Source: a virus
Taxonomy: Duplodnaviria > Caudoviricetes
Length of the DNA stretch: 64,000 bases
IMG/VR virus record: IMGVR_UViG_3300025389_001380
Coordinates: 3,818-67,817 of that record
Reading direction: 5' to 3' (one strand)
Of the stretch, positions 26,175-34,777 are shown piece after piece. Within the stretch, counting starts at the first letter, position 1. The number at the start of each line of letters is the position of its first letter. Made by a program: the position numbers and the translations under genes. The notes below the pieces were generated by a model. The model saw nothing but the letters and a program-made list of their open reading frames with translations. It was not told the DNA's origin and ran no database searches.

Positions 26175-26206
26175 AAAAACAGAGGTGGGCTTGTCCCACC
26201 TCTTTC
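26175..26206. terminator. Bidirectional intrinsic terminator
   Basis: A-run, then agaggtggg-cttgt-cccacctct, then T-run, between convergent genes. Confidence 0.75.
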
Positions 26207-26211
26207 CTTGA

Positions 26212-26442
26212 CTAGATTTTTGGTATCTTGCCGTCGGTTCGTGCAACAGGTGGATACCCGTCGCGAGTGACTTTTATCTTGAACTTGGCAGCTTGCCGAG
26301 GTATCTCATCAACACCAACGTCAGGAGTAGTATTCACTCCCTTGACTATCTTACCAACACCAGCCTCCGTGAAGAAGTAGTAACTAGACTGATCCTCAGC
26401 TAATCGTATAGGGTGGTTGGTGATGAGATCGTTTAGCCTCAT
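26212..26442 (-). CDS. Small late protein (76 aa)
   Basis: Preceded by CTAAATA-tctcc-ATG. Confidence 0.65.
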   Translation of the reverse strand: MRLNDLITNHPIRLAEDQSSYYFFTEAGVGKIVKGVNTTPDVGVDEIPRQAAKFKIKVTRDGYPPVARTDGKIPKI

Positions 26443-26447
26443 GGAGA

Positions 26448-26454
26448 TATTTAG
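26448..26454 (-). promoter_or_regulatory. Late-type promoter CTAAATA, 5 nt before ATG
   Basis: TAAATATCTCCATG, identical to the 14-mer at 23973-23986. Confidence 0.6.
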
Positions 26455-26459
26455 TGATC

Positions 26460-27521
26460 TCAGGTGCGCAGATTCTTAGCTATGAAATCTTCAATGAGAT
26501 TCATGTTAGCCTGCAGCCTCGTATCACCTGGTAGCTTCTCCAGCGCTAGCTTAGCTTGTTCAAGAGATTCCTCATACAGCTTGAGATTCCATGCCGCGAT
26601 GCTTAGCAGATCATGCGGTTGCCATCCCCATGCTTCGGGTGTGCAGGTATAGTCCATGGGATGCTTGGTCACTTTTAGCGCACGGTGAGCGTAATCATAG
26701 CAGTTCTTCCAGTCTGCGGCTTCATAATAGTGCTGTGCTAGTGCTACCAACGGTTCGCGATGCGTTGGTACTTCATATGCAGCCTGCTTGAGCCAGAATA
26801 CCTTGTTGTCTGGTTCGGCCTGTGCTAGAGTGGTCAGCGCCTGGCAGCGCTCAACAGTATCATAGCTCATGCCAAGGAACTCCTTGTAGGTAGCTGCGCA
26901 CTTGTCCCACATCTTCTGATAGGCATATTCACGTCCCAGATAAGCCTTGATGCGGCTATCATGTGGCCATTCTCGCACGCTCTCTTCCAGCAGCGATAGA
27001 TCGCCACTCTTGCTCTTGGGATCCGGAAAGTGATGTATCTGGAAATCATCTGTGAAGGTGTGTATCTCTGGCAGCCTGCTGATCAGTCCCTCATGCGTGG
27101 CTCCCATCCAGCGATAGCCCTTGCGGCTGTGTATGCGATCACCATACCATTGGCGACCAGGTGTACCGTCTGCGTTCCAGTTCCAGATGTAGGGATAGCG
27201 CAGCCTAGTAGTCTCAGGCTTCCAAGCTGCTTCCAGCTTTTTACGCCAACCGGGGGTCAATCTCTCATCTGTGTCCAATCTGATGCACACGTCTATGTCG
27301 TCTGGGACCAGATACATGGCAGTGTTAAATGCATCGTCAAAGCGCCAAGGTATGATGCGCACGTCGGTGACCTGCACTCCCAGTTCCAACATCTTTTCCT
27401 TGGTGCCATCAGTGCTGCCAGTGTCGGCGATACAGATGATGTCAGCGTCCTTGCAGCTGTCATACCATGCCTGCACGTGGTGCACTTGGTTCTTGGTTGG
27501 TCCATATATTGCTATGCGCAT
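26460..27521 (-). CDS. GT2-family glycosyltransferase with C-terminal TPR-like helices (353 aa)
   Basis: MRIAIYGPTKN...DTGSTDGT...LDTDE...HE; helical C-terminus YLGREY...HREPLVALA. Start set at the TGATG overlap with the upstream gene. Confidence 0.85.
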   Translation of the reverse strand: MRIAIYGPTKNQVHHVQAWYDSCKDADIICIADTGSTDGTKEKMLELGVQVTDVRIIPWRFDDAFNTAMYLVPDDIDVCIRLDTDERLTPGWRKKLEAAWKPETTRLRYPYIWNWNADGTPGRQWYGDRIHSRKGYRWMGATHEGLISRLPEIHTFTDDFQIHHFPDPKSKSGDLSLLEESVREWPHDSRIKAYLGREYAYQKMWDKCAATYKEFLGMSYDTVERCQALTTLAQAEPDNKVFWLKQAAYEVPTHREPLVALAQHYYEAADWKNCYDYAHRALKVTKHPMDYTCTPEAWGWQPHDLLSIAAWNLKLYEESLEQAKLALEKLPGDTRLQANMNLIEDFIAKNLRT

Positions 27522-28594
27522 CACGCTTGTTCCTTGAGCTTGCCCTGCATCCATTGCAGGTTGGTTTTCAATCTATCGTCATTGGGATTTTGGTCTAGAG
27601 CCTGCTGGCACCATTCTGTTGCCTTGCTATACCATCCGAGATTAGCAGCAGCTATGCTACCAAAGTCGCCAAGCTGATTGCCCCAGGCATCTGCATTGTC
27701 TAGATAGCTGTGGTCTCGCCTGCTCTTATCCATGCCAGAACCTGCTGCCCACAGCAGGCCATGCCAATCTTGATTGTTGTAGTAATAACGTGCCAGTTCC
27801 AGCCACACTTGCCTGCGTTCTGGGCTGCAGATCAGGGCACGCTGTAGATATTCCAGCTTGCGGCTGTCAACCATGCGCGATATGTACAGCATGGCTTCTG
27901 AACGTTCTATGGGCCATCTGCTGTTTTCGAGATCCAGATAGCGATTGAGTTCTACCACTGCGTCTGCATGTTGCCCGGCATACATCAGCTCGCGACCATA
28001 CCAGAAGCTCAGCTGGCTGTCTTTGGGATCTTCTGCAGTGGCCAAGGCCATCAATGGCAGATAGCGACCGCGTGTATCCTTGGTGCGATCCTGTATCTGG
28101 TTCAGCACTATGCTGAGATCCTCTGCTACATTCTCATGTCCAACCGTGCTGAACACGGTCTCATGCACAGGACGCTGCCATTGATAACCTATCCTAGCAT
28201 GTATCTTGTCCATGCGGTAACCATCATTGGGCCCACCGTCGCGATAATCAAACACATAGGTGTAGGCCAAGCGCGTGGTCTCGCCTGTGCGCCAAGCTGC
28301 TTCCATCTTGGGTCGCCAACCTTTGGCTAGGAACTCGTCCATGTCCTGGCTGATGCAGATGTCCGTATCTAAGGGCAAGCAGGCCAGTGCAGCATTGCGA
28401 GCATGATCAAAGCGCCAGGGATCGAAGCGCTGCTCAAACACTGTCACGCCCAGCTCCCTGAGCTTTTCCACTGTGCCATCTGTGCTGCCAGTGTCTAGCA
28501 CCACTCTGTAGTCAGCATCTGCCACGCTGGCAGCCCAGCGCTCGCAGTGCTTGATCTCGTTTAATGCCACCGTATAGACACCAATTTTCATCAT
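27521..28594 (-). CDS. GT2-family glycosyltransferase with TPR-like helices (357 aa), paralogue of the previous gene
   Basis: KIGVYTVALNE...DTGSTDGT...FDPWRFDHARNAAL...QDMDE...PVHE. Confidence 0.85.
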   Translation of the reverse strand: MMKIGVYTVALNEIKHCERWAASVADADYRVVLDTGSTDGTVEKLRELGVTVFEQRFDPWRFDHARNAALACLPLDTDICISQDMDEFLAKGWRPKMEAAWRTGETTRLAYTYVFDYRDGGPNDGYRMDKIHARIGYQWQRPVHETVFSTVGHENVAEDLSIVLNQIQDRTKDTRGRYLPLMALATAEDPKDSQLSFWYGRELMYAGQHADAVVELNRYLDLENSRWPIERSEAMLYISRMVDSRKLEYLQRALICSPERRQVWLELARYYYNNQDWHGLLWAAGSGMDKSRRDHSYLDNADAWGNQLGDFGSIAAANLGWYSKATEWCQQALDQNPNDDRLKTNLQWMQGKLKEQA

Positions 28595-29166
28595 AAATCC
28601 TTTTCACTTCGTTGAAGTTTTGCCAGTGCTTTAGCTTTGCGTATATTTTCACCAACCTCAGGCGGACGTTTGCGACCAAGTTGAATCGTACTAATATGTT
28701 GGCCAAATTCGGGCGGTCTTTTTCTGCCTCGTAAAGGCGACGGTCCGCGTTTCTTACCTTTATGCGGACTTGGCCTGCCAAGATGTGCTAAACCAATTTT
28801 GATACCAACTTCGGGCGGTCTAGGTCGACCTTTTTGTGTGGCACTTCGCTTGGCATTTGATTCTGCAGTTTGTTTGCGGCCAGCCATTCCTTCGCCGCCA
28901 TCGGTAAGATTAATCAATATGCCAGTATCTGTGTCCTTACGACCATACCAGCGAATCATGCGTCTTTCTAATGCGAAAGCGCCTATCTCAGTGAGATTAG
29001 ATTCAAGTATAACAATCAAGACAAGATTGGCTGGCACTGTAATATTTTTATGTTTTTGCCAAGCTCTACCATGCTTACCTTTTCCGATATAATAAGGTGT
29101 GTTATCTGATTGCCGCAGGTAAGCGTAGACGTAATATCCGCTCGGATATCTCTTATAAGTAGACAT
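28591..29166 (-). mobile_element. Free-standing GIY-YIG homing endonuclease with NUMOD3-like repeats (191 aa)
   Basis: YVYAYLR...PYYIGKG...E..AF.LE..MI..YGR...G.L.NLTDGGEG and GRKRPPE repeats. Visibly AT-richer than its neighbours. GGAG SD before ATG 29166 (track extends to 29247). Confidence 0.85.
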
Positions 29167-29228
29167 GCTGTGTGCTCCATAATAGCCATAGAGCCGATGG
29201 ATGTTTGCAGCATCGCGATCGGCACAAT

Positions 29229-29235
29229 ATTTAGC
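29229..29235 (-). promoter_or_regulatory. Late-type promoter CTAAATA serving the endonuclease
   Basis: About 60 nt upstream of ATG 29166. Confidence 0.5.
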
Positions 29236-29248
29236 TATTTCAAGCATC

Positions 29249-29908
29249 TCAGTCCCTCACCATGCGATATCGCATGCCCTTTTGTAATTTAACTGGAATT
29301 CGCTTGGTCATCATATTTGTCGTGAGAAATAATTCGCTGCAGAAATCAATGCCATCTGCCGAATATAACCAAGGGATGCGCGAGAAGGTCTCACCGTAGT
29401 CGCGCATGACATGCATGCTACCATAGCCAAACTGGTCATTGTGTGCCACATGCCACTGACCGCGATGTTGGAAATTGTGTCCGCCTAATCCAGGATCATC
29501 TGGTACCGTGAGACCCTCAAAGGGTTCAAGCGCAAACTGATCACAGTGCCAATCAAAGCGAGCACGAGCAACATAGTCGTAGGTCTTGCGGTGCTGCCAA
29601 GCATGCCGATCAGCCAGCTGCAGGCTCTGACCTATGCTGTACCACATGCTGAGCACGTTGCGCGGCTGTGATCTATAGGCCCATATGCGTGACGTATAGA
29701 TGCTGGTATCAAACTCGCGCTGAGACTCTATGATCATCTCTGTGGGAGCATAGACGCTGCTGATCCAGTTGCGAGTGGTCTCGTGATTATCTGACCAAGC
29801 ATGCACGAACACGTCAGTGTCATGCTGATCAATCAGGCGGCGCCAGCTATCCGTGCTAACGCTGGTTATCCTCGGCAATCCTGCGAAGCACAGTGCTAGC
29901 TTTGCCAT
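29249..29908 (-). CDS. Putative glycosyltransferase-like protein (219 aa)
   Basis: KLALCFAGLPR...DVFVHAW...SMWYSI...YDYVARARFD, a pattern I associate with viral GT-A-like proteins. Confidence 0.55.
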   Translation of the reverse strand: MAKLALCFAGLPRITSVSTDSWRRLIDQHDTDVFVHAWSDNHETTRNWISSVYAPTEMIIESQREFDTSIYTSRIWAYRSQPRNVLSMWYSIGQSLQLADRHAWQHRKTYDYVARARFDWHCDQFALEPFEGLTVPDDPGLGGHNFQHRGQWHVAHNDQFGYGSMHVMRDYGETFSRIPWLYSADGIDFCSELFLTTNMMTKRIPVKLQKGMRYRMVRD

Positions 29909-30369
29909 GCCCTCAGCCGATTAACGTGATCGCTGCAGAAGCCATACCAATGCCAGCTGCGCACCATGTTTTCAATCTCATCCCAGCCGTAGGTCACTTC
30001 TGGCATCACGCACACGCTCATTGGGCTAACTGTCTCTGGCTTGCCAAAGTACGTCCATATCACGTTGGTGCTGGTCAGCGTGACGGTGTCACTCTCGTGC
30101 CAGAAGAAGTTGTAATGGTGCTTGAGGCTGCGCAGAGTGAAAAGCGCATCGAGATTCTTGCAGTGAATCCAGAGACCTTTCTGCTGCAGGAAACTGATGT
30201 CAGTGTCATGTTCTGGTCCATCATGTCCCAGCACCCACTTGCCATCCACGTGCCATACGTCTATCTCAGCTTCAAACCCATGGTCCAAAGCTTTGATTAT
30301 CTGGTCAGGGCGATTCTGCATGTTGTCATCTGGACCATCCATCAACCCGCGGTGCGCTATGAACTTCAT
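29896..30369 (-). CDS. Short glycerophosphodiester phosphodiesterase (GDPD/PLC)-like protein
   Basis: IAHRG...EIDVW...LGHD...WIHCKN. Confidence 0.75.
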   Translation of the reverse strand: MKFIAHRGLMDGPDDNMQNRPDQIIKALDHGFEAEIDVWHVDGKWVLGHDGPEHDTDISFLQQKGLWIHCKNLDALFTLRSLKHHYNFFWHESDTVTLTSTNVIWTYFGKPETVSPMSVCVMPEVTYGWDEIENMVRSWHWYGFCSDHVNRLRAWQS

Positions 30370-30370
30370 G

Positions 30371-31513
30371 TCACACCTGCAGATCGTCTATGGCGCGGCG
30401 TATCTTCTGCGTGCCTGCCAGCGTGCCATCCGGATGCCCGTGTATGGCGCCGCCCACGTTGGCCATCCAGTCGATGCCAAACTTCTCCACGATCGGCGGT
30501 ATCAGCTCAGCAGTCATGCCACAGCTCAGCGCAGGCACCACGTTGCCGTCATGCAGCGTCTGCATGTAGGCAGTGATCTCGTCCTCAGGATCACTGAGAT
30601 ATCCGCCCCACATGCCTGCGTGTATGGTGTCCACGCCGCTCATGGCTGCCAGCTGGCACAGCACGGTCCATTCAATGCCAAAGGGATTGCGCTTGCCTGT
30701 GATGACCTTGTCACCGCTCTTTTGATAGTGTATGAACAGCGGGAGATCCAAGTTGCGTATGGTGCGATAGCTACCTAGTCCACTCCACACGTTTATGTGC
30801 ACGCCGTTGCCACCGTTCTGACTGACGAACCTTGCACGATTTTCAATGTGCGCAGGATCGCTGTTGATGCAGAAGCAGTACACCACGTTCTTGCCAGTGA
30901 TGTAGTTGCTGATCAGTTCCACGCGATCTTCCAAGCGGCACACAGCTGGATTGCTCAGTATCTCGTCTTCCTTGATGAAGTTGACGCCACCTTCCACCAG
31001 CTGCTTGGTCATCTCCAACAGCACCTGCGGCGTGATGCCAGTCTTGGGCTTGACGATGCCACCAAAGAACGGCTTGCCAAAGTTGCCTGTGTATTCACGC
31101 ATGCCAGTGATGCCGTACTTGGGCTTGCGGAAATGCGTGTCAATGGTCTGTGGGTGTATCTCTAGACCAACCACCCTGCACTTCTTGATGGTGTCAATGT
31201 CTACCTGACCGCCCTGTATAATGCACAGCAGGTGAGCTATGCCATCTTGATCCCAGTCAATGTTAGCGCTGGGATAGCCAATGGTGACATGTCCCTTCTT
31301 CTTTTCAAAATCCTTGCTGCGTATGATCTTGGCACAGTAGGCTTCGATCATCTCGTCAGTTTCCCACACTGAGCGCTTGGTTGGGTTACCTATGCTCTGT
31401 CCCACTGCTATGTTCCAGCCTGCGTCATAGACGCTGACCGTGCTCTCAACTTCATAGGTAACGTAGAAATACGTGCCCAGTTCTTTCTCGTCTCTGACTA
31501 TGTCTATGCTCAT
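30371..31513 (-). CDS. RuBisCO-like protein (form IV, 380 aa)
   Basis: GGIVKPKTG, GGVNFIKEDE (carbamylated-Lys motif), HYQK, HAG, SCG and VGGAIHGHP. Loop-6 Lys is replaced (GGYL). Start set at the ATGA overlap at 31513. Confidence 0.88.
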   Translation of the reverse strand: MSIDIVRDEKELGTYFYVTYEVESTVSVYDAGWNIAVGQSIGNPTKRSVWETDEMIEAYCAKIIRSKDFEKKKGHVTIGYPSANIDWDQDGIAHLLCIIQGGQVDIDTIKKCRVVGLEIHPQTIDTHFRKPKYGITGMREYTGNFGKPFFGGIVKPKTGITPQVLLEMTKQLVEGGVNFIKEDEILSNPAVCRLEDRVELISNYITGKNVVYCFCINSDPAHIENRARFVSQNGGNGVHINVWSGLGSYRTIRNLDLPLFIHYQKSGDKVITGKRNPFGIEWTVLCQLAAMSGVDTIHAGMWGGYLSDPEDEITAYMQTLHDGNVVPALSCGMTAELIPPIVEKFGIDWMANVGGAIHGHPDGTLAGTQKIRRAIDDLQV

Positions 31514-31842
31514 GATTCTTTCTTCACCTCTATCTTGTCGCCAGGCACGCTGGGGGTCTTGATCACCACCACTTGGCAATCTGCTAAGAATTCTGGATCT
31601 GCTATCTCGCCCTTTTTCAAGAGGAATATGGTCGGGCCAACCAGTATCTGGTCCTGTATCCTCATGACACCATCCACCAACAACGTGATCTCATCCATGT
31701 GCTCGTGGTAGTGAGCGGGCCATGGTTCTCCGGCTGCGTGGAACTTGTAACCAACTTCAAAATCTTTGGTGTTCCAGATGCTGGGTTGGAAGTCTCCAAC
31801 GAACCAACCACCTGTGAACAGCTTGGGATCAAATACTTTCAT
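31510..31842 (-). CDS. Cupin-fold protein (110 aa)
   Basis: GGWFVGDF...HYHEHMDEITLLVDG metal-binding cupin motif. Confidence 0.7.
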   Translation of the reverse strand: MKVFDPKLFTGGWFVGDFQPSIWNTKDFEVGYKFHAAGEPWPAHYHEHMDEITLLVDGVMRIQDQILVGPTIFLLKKGEIADPEFLADCQVVVIKTPSVPGDKIEVKKES

Positions 31843-32552
31843 TTGTGCGCCTCTATGTAGATTTCCAAGTCTTCTGGCGTACCTATTGGCCAGTGCTCTT
31901 GGGGTGGATAGATACCTATGCGATCACCGCGTGCGATGTTCCAATTATAGACTGGACACACGTAGAATTCATTATTCACTCGCACGTTGTCTGCGATCAT
32001 CTGCTCAGCTGCCCACACAAAGTCTTCGCCTCGCGTCCAAACATAGATGCCAGTGGTAGCATGCGGGCTAATCACCTGTTTCTCAGCAGTGCGCACAGCT
32101 ATGCCGTTGTCATCAACTTCAACGTAGCTGTACGCTGTGGTGTCCTTGAAGAAGGTCAGCATGGCACCATCAAGCCGCTCTGCTGCTAGCCATTCCTCAA
32201 AGTGATCCTGGTCCCAGACCATCATCTGATCACAGTTGGCAATGAACAGCGTTTCCTTTGGTTTGATGTGCTGCTTGGCCAGCAGGCATGTCTCAGCAGC
32301 ACCCTGCGTGACCTGATCAACGAACACGATGTTGAGATCTGCTGACATGTCTCTGAGCCTGCTGAACAGCGCAGGATCTGCATCATAATGTTCGCGCAAT
32401 ACGCACAGAGTGAAGGTGTTGTGCAGGCCGAGGTTCTCCAGCACATGCTGTACCATGGGCTTGCCAAAGAACTCTATCAATGGTTTTGGTTTTGAGTAAC
32501 CCTGTTGAGCAAATCGCGAACCTCGCCCGCTCATGGGTATTAGTATGTGCAT
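31839..32552 (-). CDS. Sugar-phosphate nucleotidyltransferase (NTP_transferase family)
   Basis: IPMSGRGSRF...PKPLI...GAAET...NCDQ...EK...NNEFYVCPVYN...GTPEDL. Confidence 0.85.
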   Translation of the reverse strand: MHILIPMSGRGSRFAQQGYSKPKPLIEFFGKPMVQHVLENLGLHNTFTLCVLREHYDADPALFSRLRDMSADLNIVFVDQVTQGAAETCLLAKQHIKPKETLFIANCDQMMVWDQDHFEEWLAAERLDGAMLTFFKDTTAYSYVEVDDNGIAVRTAEKQVISPHATTGIYVWTRGEDFVWAAEQMIADNVRVNNEFYVCPVYNWNIARGDRIGIYPPQEHWPIGTPEDLEIYIEAHK

Positions 32553-32611
32553 GCATCTGATCCCTTGATATAACTATTTTATGGATCAAGAGCACAAGTT
32601 GCCTAAATATT

Positions 32612-33301
32612 TCACTGCTTTGTAGAAGCGAAAAGCTTGCCTATCTCTCTTGCAGTGTCCTTGATATTGCGTTCTGCAACTGTGGTATCTGCTATATCTG
32701 TGCTGTAATCAACTCCTACGAAACCAAATAGATCACCGTTGCTCATGTATATGGGGCAGCGTATGAGATGCTTGGCATTGCGGCTCATCCAGAAATAATA
32801 ATCCTGGTTTTCCTTGTCCTTGTCAGTGTTCTTGATTATGGCACACTTGTCATTGACAAACTGGTTGTTGATAGCCATGTGTATGCTGGCAGGTATGCGC
32901 TGTTCAAAGCTCATGATGCGCGACGTTCCCGGACTGATGACCTCATGAGTCATGGTCTGGAAGAAGAAAGGTACTCCGCTGATAGCTGCTAGACCGTTGT
33001 GATAGCGATACACATAGGCTCGCATGCCATTGCTGTCCGTGAGCAGGCGATTGAGATTGCGATAGATGCTGTTGTCGTTTTCCACAGAAGTCTTGAGATT
33101 CATGCTGAAGCTGGTAATGCTGTGAGCTTCCTCATACACGGAAATCAAGCTGGTGAAATGGAATGCTACCACATAGGCAGTGGAGAACACAGCAGTTATA
33201 GCTGCTATGTAGAACAAGTGCACAACCAGCATGATTGGACGAGTGTTGGACAGATAATCCACTGCCACCTGGGCTATCGTCACTTGTTTTTGCTCGTCCA
33301 A
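32612..33301 (-). CDS. Membrane protein with GAF-like C-terminal domain; possible T4 gpT-type holin
   Basis: One hydrophobic N-terminal segment (aa ~24-50), then RAYVYRYHNG...CPIY...LFGFVGVDY, a GAF-like pattern. Confidence 0.45.
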   Translation of the reverse strand: MDEQKQVTIAQVAVDYLSNTRPIMLVVHLFYIAAITAVFSTAYVVAFHFTSLISVYEEAHSITSFSMNLKTSVENDNSIYRNLNRLLTDSNGMRAYVYRYHNGLAAISGVPFFFQTMTHEVISPGTSRIMSFEQRIPASIHMAINNQFVNDKCAIIKNTDKDKENQDYYFWMSRNAKHLIRCPIYMSNGDLFGFVGVDYSTDIADTTVAERNIKDTAREIGKLFASTKQ

Positions 33302-33334
33302 GGCAAACCTCTTGATTTTCGTGCCAATAATGCT

Positions 33335-33341
33335 TATTTAT
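33335..33341 (-). promoter_or_regulatory. Late-type promoter ATAAATA
   Basis: Upstream of 33301, back-to-back with the dnaJ promoter. Confidence 0.55.
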
Positions 33342-33356
33342 GGTTTGAATGCGGCA

Positions 33357-33386
33357 TTGACACGCTGGTACTAGATAGGTTAAACT
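33357..33386 (+). promoter_or_regulatory. Sigma70-type promoter TTGACA-N18-TAAACT, 6 nt before the dnaJ ATG
   Basis: No SD between the -10 box and ATG 33393. Confidence 0.55.
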
Positions 33387-33392
33387 ACGAGC

Positions 33393-34271
33393 ATGGAAGA
33401 TTATTACAAGATATTAGAGCTAAACGAGTCGGCATCGCCCGAAGAGATTAAAGCTGCATATCGCCGCTTGGCCAAGGTCCATCATCCGGATCTCAACAAG
33501 GGCAACGCAGAATCAGAAGCACTGTTCAAGAAGATCAACGAAGCCAACGACACGTTGGGTGATCCTCAAAAGCGTGCTCAGTATGATCAGCAGCGGCGAT
33601 ACGGACAGGGAGGACCAGGGGGAAATCCATTTGGTGGGTTCCCTGGGCAGGAGTTCCATTTCAGCTTTGGCGGGCAGCCGTTTGAAGACGTGTTCAATCA
33701 GTTCTTTGGCGGCGGACATCCTTTTTCGCGTCCGCAGCCACGCAACCGAGACTACCAGTTCAATCTCAACATCAGTTTGGAAGACGCATTCACGGGCAAG
33801 AGCATGCCTGTGAGCTTTGATGCACACGGCAAGAACACCAGCATCACCGTTAACTTGCCAGCTGGCATAGAGCATGGAGCTCGCATGCGCTACCAAGGAC
33901 AGGGTGAGCGCAACGTGCCCAACGCACCTCCGGGCGATCTCTACATCACCGTGATGATCAATGAGCACAGCGTGTTCCAGCGACACGCACATCATCTGCA
34001 TACCAACATGAAGGTTGATGCCATCGGAGCCATGCTGGGCATAAAGCAGGACCTAAAGACCATTGACGGCAGCATGATAAACGTCAGCGTTCCAGCTGGC
34101 ACTCAACATGGAGCCACCCTGCGCGTGCAGGGACATGGCATGCCAGTGCAGCACAACAGCAAGCAGCGCGGCGATCTCTACATACATGTTGAGCTTTCTA
34201 TACCAACCAATCTAACCTCTAACCAACGCGACATGCTGGTCGAGATCCAGCGACAGAGGAGTTCCGTATGA
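33393..34271 (+). CDS. dnaJ: DnaJ-class co-chaperone without zinc finger (class II, CbpA-like)
   Basis: DYYKILEL...HPD J-domain, G/F-rich linker and DnaJ-C with GDLY motifs. Confidence 0.93.
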   Translation: MEDYYKILELNESASPEEIKAAYRRLAKVHHPDLNKGNAESEALFKKINEANDTLGDPQKRAQYDQQRRYGQGGPGGNPFGGFPGQEFHFSFGGQPFEDVFNQFFGGGHPFSRPQPRNRDYQFNLNISLEDAFTGKSMPVSFDAHGKNTSITVNLPAGIEHGARMRYQGQGERNVPNAPPGDLYITVMINEHSVFQRHAHHLHTNMKVDAIGAMLGIKQDLKTIDGSMINVSVPAGTQHGATLRVQGHGMPVQHNSKQRGDLYIHVELSIPTNLTSNQRDMLVEIQRQRSSV

Positions 34272-34777
34272 TACTGCCAGTTGTAACACGTCCACATCCA
34301 GTGCTAAAGCAGGCTGCACGGCTGATCGCACCAGAAGAGATACCCAATCTCGGGCCGCTGATCGACGACATGTTTGATACCATGGCTGCTTATGGAGGTG
34401 TGGGTTTGGCAGCGCCGCAGGTTGGACACAGCATCAACATGTTCGTAGTGCGAGTTGACGGCAACGATCATGTTTTCATCAATCCAGTGGTGCTGCATGC
34501 CGGTGACGAGATGGACGAGATGCCAGAAGGTTGCCTCAGCTTGCCAGGGGTCACTCTAAAGATCAAGCGCAGCAAGCAGATCAAGGTCATGTACAGGGAT
34601 CGCGCTGGCAACCAGCAGATCACTGATCTCGGCGAAGGTTGGAGCCGCATCTTCCTGCACGAATTTGATCATCTACAGGGAGTCATGATCGACGACCGCG
34701 TGGGCCGAGCCACTTTGGATCTCGCCAAGCGCAAGGCAGCAAAGAGATTGAAGCGCCAACAGAGGGCTGCAGCATGA
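34268..34777 (+). CDS. def: Peptide deformylase
   Basis: All three PDF motifs are present: GVGLAAPQVG, EGCLS and HEFDH. Confidence 0.95.
   Translation: MILPVVTRPHPVLKQAARLIAPEEIPNLGPLIDDMFDTMAAYGGVGLAAPQVGHSINMFVVRVDGNDHVFINPVVLHAGDEMDEMPEGCLSLPGVTLKIKRSKQIKVMYRDRAGNQQITDLGEGWSRIFLHEFDHLQGVMIDDRVGRATLDLAKRKAAKRLKRQQRAAA

Noticed and set aside
27030-30778. Long plus-strand ORFs 27030..27677, 29893..30576 and 30197..30778
   Set aside because: Antisense to well-supported GT, GDPD and RLP genes; no recognisable motifs.
30371-31513. True CO2-fixing RuBisCO
   Set aside because: Only about 380 aa, lacks the loop-6 Lys and the HRA motif, and no small subunit or PRK is nearby.
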